Origin: Tubiluchus corallicola
Lineage: Eukaryota; Animalia; Priapulida
Reading direction: 5' to 3'
Assembly (NCBI GenBank): GCA_030141605.1
Contig: JAQGDQ010000515.1
Coordinates: 62,001-126,000 of the forward strand
Length of the DNA: 64,000 nt
Shown here: piece after piece, positions 38,069-52,208 of the stretch
Layout: each line of letters starts with the position of its first letter
Position numbering within the stretch: position 1 is the stretch's first letter
Position numbers and translations under genes: made by a program
Notes under the pieces: model-generated
Databases searched by the model: none
What the model was told of the DNA's origin: nothing
The model's input: the letters and a program-made list of their open reading frames with translations, nothing else

Positions 38069-41000
38069 CTAATCTCTCTGCAACATTTTCTGTCGAGCCA
38101 TCTTCTTTTTGGATACTTTCTTCTTGACCGTCTCTTCTTCGGCCGCTTTGGCAACGGCTTGCTCTTTCTCGGCCAGTACGACCTCGATGTGACAGGGACT
38201 GCTCATGTATGCTGCAATCACAAGCACGAAAATTAAAAAATGCGCAACATGTGTAGTTTTGTGGCAGAACGCACGAATCATTTGAATTACTATGAATTTT
38301 TTCTATTAATGGTTTAACCTGGGATTTCAAACAAAATTTTTGATGGCTAATGCTACTTTTATTTTGAAAAAATTTTAAATGTATGTACGTATTTCAAAAT
38401 TTACTAATCTTACGCTTACTTTTTAAAGGAAAACCGGACGATTGATCATACTCAATCTCATTCTAATTTACTGTCCAAAATATACATTTTCTTGCATATA
38501 AAAGTTAGCAAATGTTTCTTATATTTGAATAATTAGCTTAGAAAGTTGATTAACGGCTACCGAACACAGCTATTGCTTACACTAGAAACTAACCACAGTT
38601 TGTGCAATGGCAGGCGTCTTCCCTTGCGCATCAAGCAGATTTGCATAAGTGTTACAGTACTGTTTAAACTCGGGATGTCATGAAAATGGGCTTTACGTCA
38701 TATGACCTCAGAAACTAACACTGCAGTTCATGATCATGCTTATCATGGTACCGCCTTCTATTTGTCGGCAACGTGAATGTGACAAAAAGGCACCGCTGCC
38801 AATCATAGTAGATTCACTGAGCCGCGCGTAGCTTTGAAAGTTTAACGAAATTTGAGTATCTGACGTAATTATTATTTAATCTAAGCTTTGATTTAAAATA
38901 GCAGTTTTTAGAGCATTCTTTATTCTGAAGTAATGTTTACACAATCACCTGGTTTTCTTTTACAGCTGCAGTATAATGAACATTAAAAAAACACATACGG
39001 TTTATTCTTCCGTGGGCTCTGTAGGTTCTTCGCCGCATTTTTGGCGCTCGATTCACTTGAATGTGTTCAATCACTAGATGGTCGGTGTCCAGTCCCTTGT
39101 ACTCGGCGTTGCTCTCTGCATTCTTAAGCAGCTGCAACAGGAACTGCGCGCTTTTCTTTGGCCACCGACCCTGCGTGCAACCGAACTGCTTGGCCTGTAA
39201 GAAACGAAGTATACGCTTCAGCACGCTGTAAATTGGTTTGTCTAGCAAGTTAATAATAATTTATTGAATATTTAAAATTGATTAATATTGACAAATGCAG
39301 TTTACATATTTAAAATATTAACGCATAAACAGGCTGTTATAAATAAATCTAAAATCGTAATACATGCATATAAAAATCAGCAGTAATTAAATCCATCAGT
39401 CCATATTAAATTTCTAATTAATTAAAAAGGCTTCTTCATAAAAATATGTTTTAAGAAATAATTTGAACTTTTGAACATGCTCTTGTTTGTCTGCCTCTAT
39501 TTGCTGTGATGCAAAATTACTGATCAAAAATTCTAATACAAAAACACAAGGAGGTTTTACAGTGGAGAACCTCAAGTCTGATGGAGTGACTTACAATAGA
39601 AAAATTAATGTGTTACGATGTTTTTGAATTTAAGTATGCCTAATGATTAACATTTGAAGATCATGATGCTTCATTAAAATAAAGAAATTTTATCTTGTAG
39701 ATATTTTGCTGTCTATTTATCACAAATTATACAAATTAAAAACGATTTTGCTCAAATAAATTCAAACGTGGCTTGATATTTCGGTTGATTGGGCCTGGAG
39801 ATCCTAAAAGTCACAGTGGTCATCGCTGAAGATATGCCGCATTGCTGTCATAGGCTGTTATGTAAACAAATTTAAACTATTTTAGCAAAGATTTAGTAAA
39901 GAGTTTTGACATTTAGGAGAAAAGAAAAGGTAAATTAAATAAACGCTGGTAAAACCTCGGAAAAATGTTACCGAAAATTATCCGAAACGTCCGCTACGAA
40001 ACTTGATCAATTTCGCCGAAACCGAAACTTAACCAAAAATGCAATTATTGGCAAACTGAAAAGAAAATTTCGTTTTGGTAACATCCCCAGAGCACAATAA
40101 CCATTAACCAAAACTGCAAAACATAGCGGGTCTGCACAGGTTGATCCAAATTCGTAAGTAGTTTTGATCTTGCATGGCATACGTGATATTAAACTTGTAC
40201 CTAATCTGTTTTTAGATATAATGAATGTCATATGTTACAAAAGCCTTCTGTCAAACTAACTCATTGGTAATGTCGAGATACTGTGTCTTAGAGGACACAG
40301 AACATTACCCCCATTAGACGGCTTACTAAGAGAATAGTTTTGATCAATGTTAATTAATATTGTATGTTTGTCGCACTGTTATTAATGTTGTTTGTGTATG
40401 TAAATATTGCAAAATATATATGTTAACATTTCAATTAACTCTTTCTCCTTTTTTAGGAATTTAAAATACAAGTAAGTACGGTATTCTGCTTATAAATATG
40501 TTTCCCATTTTACTCACGCTTTTACGGCTTTGGTTATTAAAGAAAGGGTAATTTAAGAACCTCGGACCTTCAGCGTCCTCCCCCTTTAATGTATCAAATA
40601 CCTAACAAATTCCGCCCTTTCTCTGCAAATATTATTAATAATAAACGCTACCTGAGCCTTTCGCCCGACTCCGCCATTGTAACGTCTGAACGGCACGATC
40701 TCTTTCTTCTCGCACACGTTTTTCAGGTACTTCACGGCTCGCCTGAGATGCATCCGTTTAACTGCCATTGCCGTTTCCCTGGTGTTCTGTAATTAAATAC
40801 AAACACAGATTTAATAGCAAGAACAATTTTACACTGCTCATCAATCACCACAAACTGAAAATTAAAAACACTGTATGTGTGCTTGCATAGCAAAATCATC
40901 CATCAGCCAACAGTTAAGCTTTTCTAGTTATTCACGTATCCTGAATCTCCATTTCATGAGGATAATTTTGATACCAAGTTCATTGCTCTATGTTATTTCT

Positions 41001-44000
41001 AAGCTGAGATAATCCACGTTGAAGTTGCAGTGCAGGCTATGGAGTGAAAAACATAAACTCGAGAAAATCGCTGTTAAAGTTAGCCATTGTTTTTCGTCAC
41101 GTCTCTACAAAACACTTAGCAACCGTACGAAAGTGTGGTTGCTATGAACTTTACAAGAGAAATTGGAGTTACGTTTAAATTCAGTAGGTGGTCTGGTCTT
41201 GTCAATAGAAAAAACCCGAAGCAGAACGACTGCTTCCACGAGCTACAATCAGAGTTTGAAAATACAAGTTTTTTTTACAATTGCAGTGCTTGTTTCTAGA
41301 CAGAAAAGTCGGTAACGAATTATAAAATTACATTTTTGGTATTTTTAGACATTTTCCTGATAATTTGATGCTAGAATATAAAATTCCACTATTTTTAGCA
41401 TTCGTTTTCATAAAAAATCGACATTTGACCAAATTATTGGTGCATTCTTCTTTGAAGCATCATTACGTAGATTTAACTATGTCAACTTACGGACGGTTTT
41501 GGTTTGCAAGCACGCGTATAGAGTTTGTAATTCTTTTCAATTGTAATGACAATAAAATTTGGTTCAGCGTCAGAAAGAAATTATGTTCAGCTTCGGTCCG
41601 GTAATCCAACTTAACTTGATGTTGTATTCCGAATTTAGTTCGGCAGCACATTTGTTTGGTGGGTATCCAAGCAGAAAGAAACTTGGCTTTGATTCGTTTG
41701 CGGAAATACGCCTACGGTGCAACCCCAGTGTGGGAATACCTTTATTACACGCTGCATACACAGAAATGACCAATAATCTGCCTGCCTTTCAAGAATAGTT
41801 TTACTATTCATTTTTCTTTAAAGACAAACCGGACCCAATCTTAAACTATAAGTCAAAACAATCTACTCTTTAAAATATTGAAAGGAAATGTGCTATTTTT
41901 TCAAAAATGACTTACGTGAAAGAATTATTTCCACACAAACACAATTTCATGTTCACGCCACTAATTCTTCACTGCCACATGCATTTCGCCATCCGCTGGT
42001 TAGACGGACACCAGTGCCTCCATTTTGGAAATGCACTGCGTAAAAAACAGGTGCTGTACCTCTCAGTTAAAATGCTACGTGTTAGTTTCTGATGAACTGC
42101 ACACGTTCAACAGCTCATGCGTAAACACAGTGGTAAATTTGAAATTTGAATTTTCATTCATACAACAGACTGAATATCTTACAGTAGCACTGTACTTCAA
42201 TTTTCGATTTCGCAAACATGTGCAACACGCTAGTAGAATATTTTTGCTGCTGAAAATTATGTTAGTCTATGATGTCATCAATAGTTGGGCTCGCACACTG
42301 TTAATTAAGTTTTTAATCTATTATTTAATTAGATTAGAAATATTATTATTTAAATTAATACTGCAGAATCGCTTTTGCAGTATTAATTGTGTTAAAATGT
42401 ATACTTTTTATCGGACTTTAAAATGGGGTAGTATGTGAAAAATCATCCTGTCTTCCTTTAACAAAATACCTTTATCTGATAGCCACAGTCTTAAAACTAG
42501 AACAGATATCCAGTAGTAAAACTAGTTTGTTTCCAGCTTTTATGTACAATGCTACAATTTGGCACTCGGCCAACTATTTTCCAGTTAGCTAATTTTGCCT
42601 TTTTCTATAAATAGTCACAACTCTAACAACCAAACATCAATAAACTACATAATACAGACAAACACGGCCAAATCACGTTGAAAACACCGGTTCTCGCCTG
42701 ATCACCGAAGTTAAGCAACGTAGAGCCTAGTTAGTACTTGGATGGGTGACTGCCTAGGAATACCAGGTGCTGTAGGCTCGCGGGATGCGCACACTGTATC
42801 TTGACACTAGGCGGAGGAGCTGTACAAGCAGCCAACGGCTAGAGGGCGGGGAGGAGGTCAAGTGACCCAACGGCCATGTGTAGAGGAGTAACTTTCCAAG
42901 TCAGGAATGGAGCCCCGAAGGCGGATCAGTGCAGCATGCTCACTGACTCCGGCAGCTCCTGCAGCCAACCTGGTGCCAAACGTATCGCTCTGCTTTCCTT
43001 TGGACTACACCAGGGAGGAAGAGAGGGGTTCCTGTTGTCTGGGCAACTCAGGATCTCCATACACCTTGCCCAGGCGGGCGCCCTGGAGACGTTCAAGGAT
43101 CGGACTGCTCAGCCACAGTCAACGCTGCAGCTCCATCAATGTGATGAATAACTGACTCTTTTGGCGCACACTCCTTTGTCTTCCGAGACAGAAGGATGCC
43201 AACCGCAGACAAACATTTGAAAACTGCCCTGCAAAGTGTCCGAAACTTCTCTATTATCATACTTACTTTAAAATGGACTCGCAAATGTGACCCACGGGCT
43301 TTGGCAGCTGCAAGAACGAGAAACACAATAATTACACATTATGACATAATAGAAAAAACCTATTTTAAAAATTATTTTCCAGCATTTCATTTACTGTTTG
43401 AGTGTCTGTATATAGGGTCATGATTTTTTACAACCGATTTTGGTAACTGGGGGATAAAAAATTACCCCCACCATAATTCGTAAATTACTTTTGATAAAGC
43501 GCCGCGTTTCATTAGTAAACAGCAACAGCATAATTTGTGGTTATGCTGACCACCATAGGATACATTATACCTCTGCTAAAAGACATGTGACTTACTAGTA
43601 ATACAAAATTTAAATTCACTTAGTTACGTTCCCTTATCTATGCTGGAATAACTGTGGACAACTGACATTGCTAGCGCGTGTGCAAAAATCATTGTTATTT
43701 TGAATTTATTGTCTACTACTTTCTTCTTTTAGGTGGAGTAATTTGAGTAACTGACATTTTGTTTTATCAGATACATCGCCCGTATAATGTATAGACAAGC
43801 GAAGTAAAGTTTCGACAATTTTAAAAAATCGACATACTGCATTATCACTTTTATTTCGTGGTGAGACAATGTGCCTAAAATAAATAACTGAAAGTACTTT
43901 GTGTACAAAACATATTTAGAAAAAGTCAGAGAAAAGGTTTACTGGGATGCGTACGGTAAAAGGGTAAAATGCACAAAAAGTGGTAACCAAATTTGTGACC

Positions 44001-44156
44001 CTCTAAAGGTCAATCCAATTAGTGCTTAAATGTTAAGTTGTTTAGTTACTGTGAATTATATTGAGAAGTACCCGTGACAGCATACAAAAATTTTAGTAAT
44101 GGTTAAGTTCACTTACACTTTGCTGCATTTTCTGGGTCAACTGAATACCTCGTCAT
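38069..44156 (-). CDS. RPL17: 60S ribosomal protein L17 (uL22), 184 aa
   Basis: Coding exons 44156-44117 ([13 protein letters not shown]), 43307-43267 ([14 protein letters not shown]), 40786-40652 (NTRETA...[14 protein letters not shown]), 39194-38999 ([16 protein letters not shown]...[12 protein letters not shown]), 38211-38069 ([11 protein letters not shown]...). All GT-AG and in phase. Confidence 0.98.
38427..38960. mobile_element. Kolobok-like MITE family B (fragments also at about 3290 and 51530-51731)
   Basis: TIR-like ends ttaa|aggaaaaccggacgattg and caatcacctggttttct. The right-hand 190 bp recur at 51533-51731 and the left end recurs at 3287. Confidence 0.65.
41822..42457 (+). mobile_element. 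MITE family A full-length copy (RPL17 intron)
   Basis: Same termini and internal sequence as 33039-33657, with TTAA on both sides. Confidence 0.8.
42664..42778 (+). pseudogene. 5S rRNA-like sequence (SINE head, about 4 nt 5'-truncated)
   Basis: acggccaaatcacgttgaaaacaccggttctcgcctgatcaccgaagttaagcaacg...agtacttggatgggtgactgcctaggaataccaggtgctgtaggc is nearly the full metazoan 5S sequence, with A box AGTTAAGC and C box GGATGGG. There is no oligo-T terminator. Confidence 0.9.
42665..43205 (+). mobile_element. 5S rRNA-derived SINE (SINE3-type) with RTE-derived body and tail, antisense within an RPL17 intron
   Basis: 5S head 42664-42778 with no T-run terminator, then a GC-rich body. The 3' segment encodes [12 protein letters not shown] (RTE ORF C-terminus), followed by a GTCT-TCCG-AGAC hairpin. 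10-bp TSD cagacaaaca at 42655-42664 and 43206-43215. Confidence 0.85.
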
Positions 44157-45395
44157 TTTGTAGGCTGGTTGCGAAAGTTACTACAATAAACAAAATTGCT
44201 ATAACAAGTTACTATAACACATTTACATTTGTATGTATAGCAAACCTAAACTATGGTATATCTAAACTAGTTATGTGCTCAAACTAAACTGTATACGAAT
44301 TTACTAAGCAACATACAACAGAAATAATTATCTTGTTTATCTTTCAACCCCACAGTGTTTTGAGAGTCAAGTTAGTATATTTGTAATGATGCTGTACATA
44401 ATGTTGTTTAGACACCAGTATTAAAGGAAGCAGCGATATCACTATCTTTGTTTACCATAGGTTGACCTACACCTAAAAACAGTTTAAATCATTTTTTCCA
44501 AAATTTGCTTCCTATTATGTATCTTACTGTTTGTTATTCATTGAATTATTGATAACTTTTTGTTTCTTTTAATGTATTAATTGTGTATTTGAGTTGATGT
44601 GAAAAAATAAACAAATAAAATTGTACAACAAAGATTAAGCAGGACAAAATTATGGTTGGAAGTTACTGCTACAGGTATGTAGCCAAAAATACCAAAATAT
44701 AAAGTATAAAAAATACTAAAAAATCTAGGAAATTCTAATCCGTTTTAAACTAGACACTTTTGGCTTTGCAAATTAAGAAATCTGCTTGACAGCCAACATT
44801 CTCTTTTTCTCACTTATTAACACTTTTTTGGATTTCCACGTACGCTTTGGCCTGTCAAGCTATGCTATAGGCTCAAATTGCATGCAACAAAATTATTGTG
44901 TGATGTAATTTGCATTTGCCATGCTAGCTACTAAAGACTATTTGTATTGACTGGGTTATATTGCATTTGTATTTATATTTGCTTTACTGGATAATTTAAA
45001 TATATGTATTTTACTTTAAGTGATAATTGTAAAATGCAGTGTGAAATTAATAAACGCTTGAAGCCCAAGAACTTTTGTGAGTGGAAATCTGCTAGCAGCC
45101 TTATTCCAGATTTCTTAAAAAACAGTTCTACTTGCACTTGTTCATTAAAGTGTAAGCACATATTAATCACACGTTGAGCGATAGAAACCAATAATAATAA
45201 CTTGAAGACAAAACCTCACAACGGCTAAAACATAACAACAGAACAGTGAAACCTACAATCACAAAGGTGTATAATATTCCCGGGTTTATAACACACGAAA
45301 TTAAGAGTAAAATATGCGACTAAAACAACAACCAGTAATCAAGCATATTTCAAGGTGTTATGCGATTTCTATAGCATACTAATATACAAACTTAC

Positions 45396-45460
45396 ATCGC
45401 TAACACCATAACCGGAAAAGAACGAAACAACATCCGCCTTGTCAATATATATGTTATACC
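45396..45460 (-). promoter_or_regulatory. RPL17: RPL17 non-coding first exon with 5'TOP/TCT initiator and TATA-like element
   Basis: Minus strand reads ttcgttCTTTTCCGGTTATGGTGTTAGCGAT|gtaagt: a pyrimidine tract starting at about 45420, a donor at 45395, TATATA about 30 nt upstream and a matching acceptor at 44165. Typical ribosomal protein gene architecture. Confidence 0.75.
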
Positions 45461-45699
45461 GTAAATATTTTCTGGTGTGTCATGAAACTGATTAAGCCGT
45501 AGATAATGGCGCGTTAGAAAGAATTGCCACCGACCGACATTCTGCAATTGCTGCTCGAAATACTGAATTAATGAATTAGCGCCAATACGGTTTTTTGTTT
45601 TGCCCTTAATTATCGTGTTTGATGCAGTATATCCGGTCTACAAAATGACCTTCGAAAAAACATAGAACTTTTAGATTAATTTCATTAATTATAATCATA

Positions 45700-46260
45700 A
45701 TAATATTTTATTATTAATTTTGCAAAACTCATCATATCAAATGATCTCGATGTGCTTTACAATTGAAAAGTCTCTTATAACCTGCAATCGCATATGTAGT
45801 CATTATAAATGTAATCATTCTAAAATTACAAAATCATACAAATTGTAAGTAGTGCTCTAAGAACAATTTTAAAGCATTGGTAAAATTGTAACAACATACA
45901 ACATAATTTTGTAATGATGGTAATTGACGCATAAATAATGATAAACGATTCCATAATCGTGGAGCAATAATTGCAAAGACACAACGGCCATAATTTAAGT
46001 TTTTTGCTTATACCTGGGTTCCATTAAATGTAAAGGATCAGCTGCTGCACAGATACGACTTACTAAACCATCGTGAGTAGCTCTGCGCAGAAATAAAAGC
46101 TCGGACAAACAGCTACGTTGCACACCGTCCATGCCAAATTGTACAAGTAAATACTAAAAAGGCACCCAGTGCACAGAACAGCACGTCGCAGAGAACTGGT
46201 CTGATATGCTCTTGAGAGCAGGTTCGTATAATGTATAGTGCTGTAGTATTTTGTAATGGC
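45700..46260 (-). mobile_element. CR1/L2-group LINE 3' remnant
   Basis: Minus strand encodes GRCVFAIIAPRLWNRL (the G.R.F...AP.LWN.L motif), followed by a tgtaaagcac..gag 3' end and an aataat tail. Confidence 0.6.
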
Positions 46261-46339
46261 TAGTGTAGCTAAAATCTATCAATACATAAGTGACTGTAAT
46301 TCACCTTCGTTAAAACGTCTGCTGCTTTTGCTATCTTTA

Positions 46340-46950
46340 CTATCATTATCATCATCGTCGTCGTCGTCATGATCATCATCACCATTATTATCATCACCGT
46401 TGTTGTCGTCATCATCATCATCATCATCATATTCTTCTTCTTTCTAATCATCATAATCATGTCAGCATCATCGATGTCATTTTTGTTATTTGTTTCCACA
46501 TTATAAACTCCATCAACATCTTCGCCATCTCCATTGATACGACGATACCATCATCACTTTTGTCATCATTATCATTATCGGCCATCATCATCTTCATCAT
46601 ACCTATTTTCACCATTACCTTGATTGTCATCAAAATGCTCCATCATCAATTTTGTCATTATCATTGTGCAATATACATTGCCACCTTCATTTTGATTCAC
46701 CATGGTGATCATCACCACCATCATCATTTGCATTGCCGTGATCATCATCGTCATCACCACCACCACCACCATTATTAACGTGATCAATATAATCATCATT
46801 ATGATTTATATTGTCACATTCATAATCATCATCGTTCGTAATGTCATGGTTATCATCAATCTCGTCATCGTCGTCGTCGTCGTCATCATCATCAACATAA
46901 GAATCATCATCATCATCAGCATCAGCATCATCATCATCATAAGCAACACC
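46340..46950. repeat. Degenerate (ATC)n microsatellite
   Basis: Seen directly. Confidence 0.85.
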
Positions 46951-48049
46951 ATAAAGTATTTGGCAGAATTAAGCCAATTAGATTTTATTACACTCTCAAT
47001 AATTGTCATTAAAAGAGTACATCCTGTCAAAAGTTTTCGTAAATATGATTTTCAACACAAGCATACTTGTGTTGAATACTCAATTAGTTGGTCGACTGAC
47101 CATTCATTACTCCGGTAAGGTGAGTTCACGCTCTAAAAGAAACGTTCTGCGTTTACTGCTAGTGGATCATTGACCTGAACAAAACCAGCATCGCAGCGCT
47201 CAATGTAGATTACGTACTCTATGCTTCTTCGACTTCTACATTCCAAACTTCCTGGTACATAGGAGGCGTGTTTTTGTGGACCTGTTCTCTTGAACAGTAA
47301 TAGCCTATCTGTTTGTGCTGTATCGAGTTGGATCGAATTGTTCTACGTGTGAACTCTGCTTTGCTTTTGATATAATGAAGTTAAACGGGATTTCATAATG
47401 CATTTTTGAGTGGAAAAAGTGAGTAAGATAAGCTTATTTATTATATTTTAAAATTATAATTAAAATTACTGAAACGATAAAACGTCCGTTAAAATATGCT
47501 TGACTTACGAACGATTTCAAATTAATTCTAATTACAGTGTTTAAATTTTAATTTAACTTTACGACTATGATCGTTTTCTGCGATAATTATTGTTTGATGT
47601 ATTGTTGTTGATCATCTATTGTTTGATGAGATATAATACTTAGAGCATTTGATATTAACTTATTTTGCCCGTGATTATAAATTATGAAACATGTTCTACA
47701 TATTAAACATATTGTATTATGTAATGCTCTCGGTTTAGTTTATCAGACAAAGCATTAAAGTTTTCACATATCATAAGTAAAACGACCACGAGTGTGAAGA
47801 TTCCAGCACGACAGTTATACACATCAATCACTTTTACCGTTTCGAAGTGACAGCAAACTGGGTCCGTCTTACGCGCAATCAGTTCATGGAATCGGATATA
47901 ATAGATATAGAATTGTGAATTTTACACACAGGTGAGCAGCAACGTCCCCTGGGAGGAGTAAGTGAGGAAGAATACTTGAGATGGCTGCTTTTTGGAGAGA
48001 ATTTTCTTTTTAAAATTGGATACATACATGAAAATGCCTGTATACGTTC

Positions 48050-48244
<195 letters not shown>

Positions 48245-48579
48245 ACGCGCTACTTCACCATCACAATTAGATGCAGCTACATTTAGACCAAGAAACAGGG
48301 ACATTTCTCTGCTGGCTGGTTCGTTACAATGGCCAACAATGGACAGAAATATGTATTCTGGGTGCTGCCATTCTCAGACAATGAGGAGGCGACCATTCTA
48401 TTTGTTGACAAAATATACAATGTTTGGCCTTGTTGCACCATGCTGCCTTGTACTTAGGTGCCGTACTCGCTACCAATGCCAGGAGTTATCCATTCTTCTT
48501 GAAAATGTATTTTTACCTCCACTAGACCCTTTTCATACAGGTAGCAGAAGGCTGGAAAAACTATCTTGTAGCATTTTAC

Positions 48580-49267
<688 letters not shown>

Positions 49268-49637
49268 TGGAGAGGGAAAAATTTTTGCAGTCTGCCTACT
49301 GAAAGACATAATGGTCCAAAGAAGAAGCATTGTGAATGTATAACTTTAAAGCTGAAAAGATAAAGAATAATTTATATTTAGCTCTGCGATATAACATTTA
49401 TAAACGCAAATTTTGTTTTGCGGTGTTGTAGAACTGGTGCAAGCATAACAAAGAAAACTAAATAGTACGTTAAAATAAGCGACTATAAGCGAAATTAAAA
49501 ATAGGTCCTGTTGACGTACATATTTAATTTAACCCTGACTATAAGGAACTGCTGTTGTTGATAGATAACAGCATTTCTTATGACAGTAGATAATTATAAA
49601 CGTATTATTTTGTGTGAAAATACAAATTATGCGTACT

Positions 49638-49800
49638 TTAACTTATATTTCTACTGTTAAAGCAGTCGAATACAAATTTACAAACAAAAGCGACAATTTC
49701 GGTGACATTAGTTTCAAAAAGAAATGTTAATTTGCTTTCGTTTGACATTTCATAGAAGTCTGGGATGAAGTTGGTAATTTCACTAAGAAAGGCAGACAGT
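49638..49800 (-). mobile_element. Short LINE ORF2 C-terminal remnant
   Basis: FIPDFYEMSNESKLTFLF...FVCKFVFDCFNSR* resembles the post-CCHC tail of invertebrate LINEs. Confidence 0.4.
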
Positions 49801-50290
49801 AGGTAGAAATTATTACCATTAGACAAATAGCAATAGGTGCTACATACCTGTATTATTCCAGGTTAGGGCCTGGATAGCCTAACTGGTATGGCATTAGGTT
49901 AGTATACTATCACAACCGTTTCTTGTTGATAACCAAGTTGAATACGATCGTTTATAATTTTTATATTTCTTCAGTCTTTTTGGCTCACCACAGACATGGA
50001 CATTGTTTATTTATTTTCTTATTCACAACATAATACAAATAGGCTATAATTGCTTAATTATTAATTAATCAGGATAAATTGTGCATAAAGAAAAGAGTTA
50101 GGGGGTTGTAGGAGAAGGGGTACGGAAAGAGCAAATGGTCATCAAGTCAGCAGCCTTCTAGGTTTAGTGTAAATTGTATAAAATATTGTAGTGCAGCCAA
50201 CCTCGGTTGTTCGGTACTCGCTTATAAGGGACCACCGATTTTTCGTAACGTTTTTCCTATGTAAAAATCTACGTATATAAGGTACTCGGA

Positions 50291-51530
50291 TAATGAAAAT
50301 GTGCAATAGTGTTAAATATGCATGATAAAACCAAACTAAATATAATGAAAATGTGCAATAGTGTTAAATATGGATGATAAAATCAAACTAAATATAAAGA
50401 AAATATGCAATAGAGTTAAATATGCATGATAAAATCAAACTAAATATAATGAAAATGTGCAATAGAGTTAAATATGCATGATGAAATCAAACTAAATATA
50501 ATGAAAATGTGCAATAGTGTTAAATATGCATGATGAAATCAAACTAAATATAACGAAAATGTGCAATAGTGTTAAATATGCATGATAAAATCAAACTAAA
50601 TATAATGAAAATGTGCAATAGTGTTAAATATGCATGATGAAATCAAACTTAATATAACGAAAATATGCAATAGTGTTAAATATGCATGATAAAATCAAAC
50701 TAAATATAATGAAAATGTGCAATAGAGTTAAATATGCATCATAAAGTCAAACTAAATATAAGGAAAATGTGCAATAGTGTTAAATACGCATGATAAAATC
50801 AAACTAAATATAATGAAAATGTGCAATAGAGTTAAATATGCATCATAAAATCAAACTAAATATAATGAAAATGTGCAATAGAGTTAAATATGCATCATAA
50901 AATCAAACTAAATATAATGAAAATGTGCAATAGAGTTAAATATGCATCATACAATCAAACTAAATATAAGGAAAATGTGCAATAGAGTTAAATATGCATG
51001 ATAAAATCAAACTAAATATAATGAAAATGTGCAATAGAGTTAAATATGCATGATAAAATCAAACCAAATCTAACGGAAATGTGCAATAGTGTTAAATACG
51101 CATGATGAAATCAAACTAAATATAATGAAAATATGCAATAGTGTTAAATATGCATGATAAAATCAAACTAAATATAATGAAAATGTGCAATAGAGTTAAA
51201 TATGCATCATAAAATCAAACTAAATATAATGAAAATGTGCAATAGAGTTAAATATGCATGATGAAATCAAACTAAATATAATGAAAATGTGCAATAGTGT
51301 TAAATATGCATGATGAAATCAAACTAAATATAACGAAAATGTGCAATAGTGTTAAATATGCATGATAAAATCAAACCAAATCTAACGGAAATGTGCAATA
51401 GTGTTAAATACGCATGATGAAATCAAATTAAATGTAATGACAATGTGCAATAGTGTTAAATATGCATCATAAAATCAAGCTAAATTTAATGAAAATGTGC
51501 AATATGGTTAAATATGAATGACAAAATCAA
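50291..51530. repeat. 52-bp AT-rich satellite, about 24 copies
   Basis: Unit aatgaaaatgtgcaatagagttaaatatgcatgataaaatcaaactaaatat. Confidence 0.95.
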
Positions 51531-52208
51531 CGAATGTGACAAAAAGGCACCGCTGCCAATCTTAGTAGTTTCACTGACCCGCGCGTAGCTTTGAAAGTTT
51601 AACGAACTTTGACTGTCCGAGGTAATTATTATTTAATCTAAGCTTTGATTTAAAATAAGCTATTGTAGTTTTCAATATTTTACAGCATTCTTTATTCTGA
51701 ACTCGTGTTTACACAATCATCCGGTTTTCCTGTAAACAAAGAGCATGTAATACTTTATTACAGCTTCTCTATTACAATAACAACATGCATAACTTGGGTC
51801 AACAATTTTGTTTCATTTCAGGTGCGATGACCGTTTAAATGGACAATCTTTACAGTCTGGACATTGGCAAACGTTACTGACATCATGATAATCCTTTGCG
51901 AACTTAGGAATGAAGCGGAATGACTTTAAAGAAACGGAACATGTAGACGACTAACCTCTTGAGTAACTGTGTGTGCATCAATGATCTAATTAATTGATCA
52001 TTAATTAATTAATGATCTAATTAATTGTTTGACAGCTCTTGCAAATAACTGGTTTAGTTATAACTGCAGTAGTTTAAAAGTGAAAGCCATATTCCCCAAA
52101 GACGTAGCAATTTCAAATGCAGATGGTTGTCGGGAGATAAAAAATATTTAAATTTCGTTTATCTTTAATGACTCCTTAGTAAAAAATTACAATCTTCCAC
52201 TTCTTATC

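Noticed and set aside
42664-42778. Functional 5S rRNA gene
   Set aside because: It is 5'-truncated, has no T-run terminator, and is continuous with an RTE-like body inside TSDs.
38212-45395. SNORD58-type C/D snoRNAs expected in RPL17 introns
   Set aside because: I found no properly spaced C (RTGATGA) and D (CTGA) box pair on the minus strand by eye. Candidates near 39820, 40840, 41580-41770 and 43530-43680 lack complete boxes.
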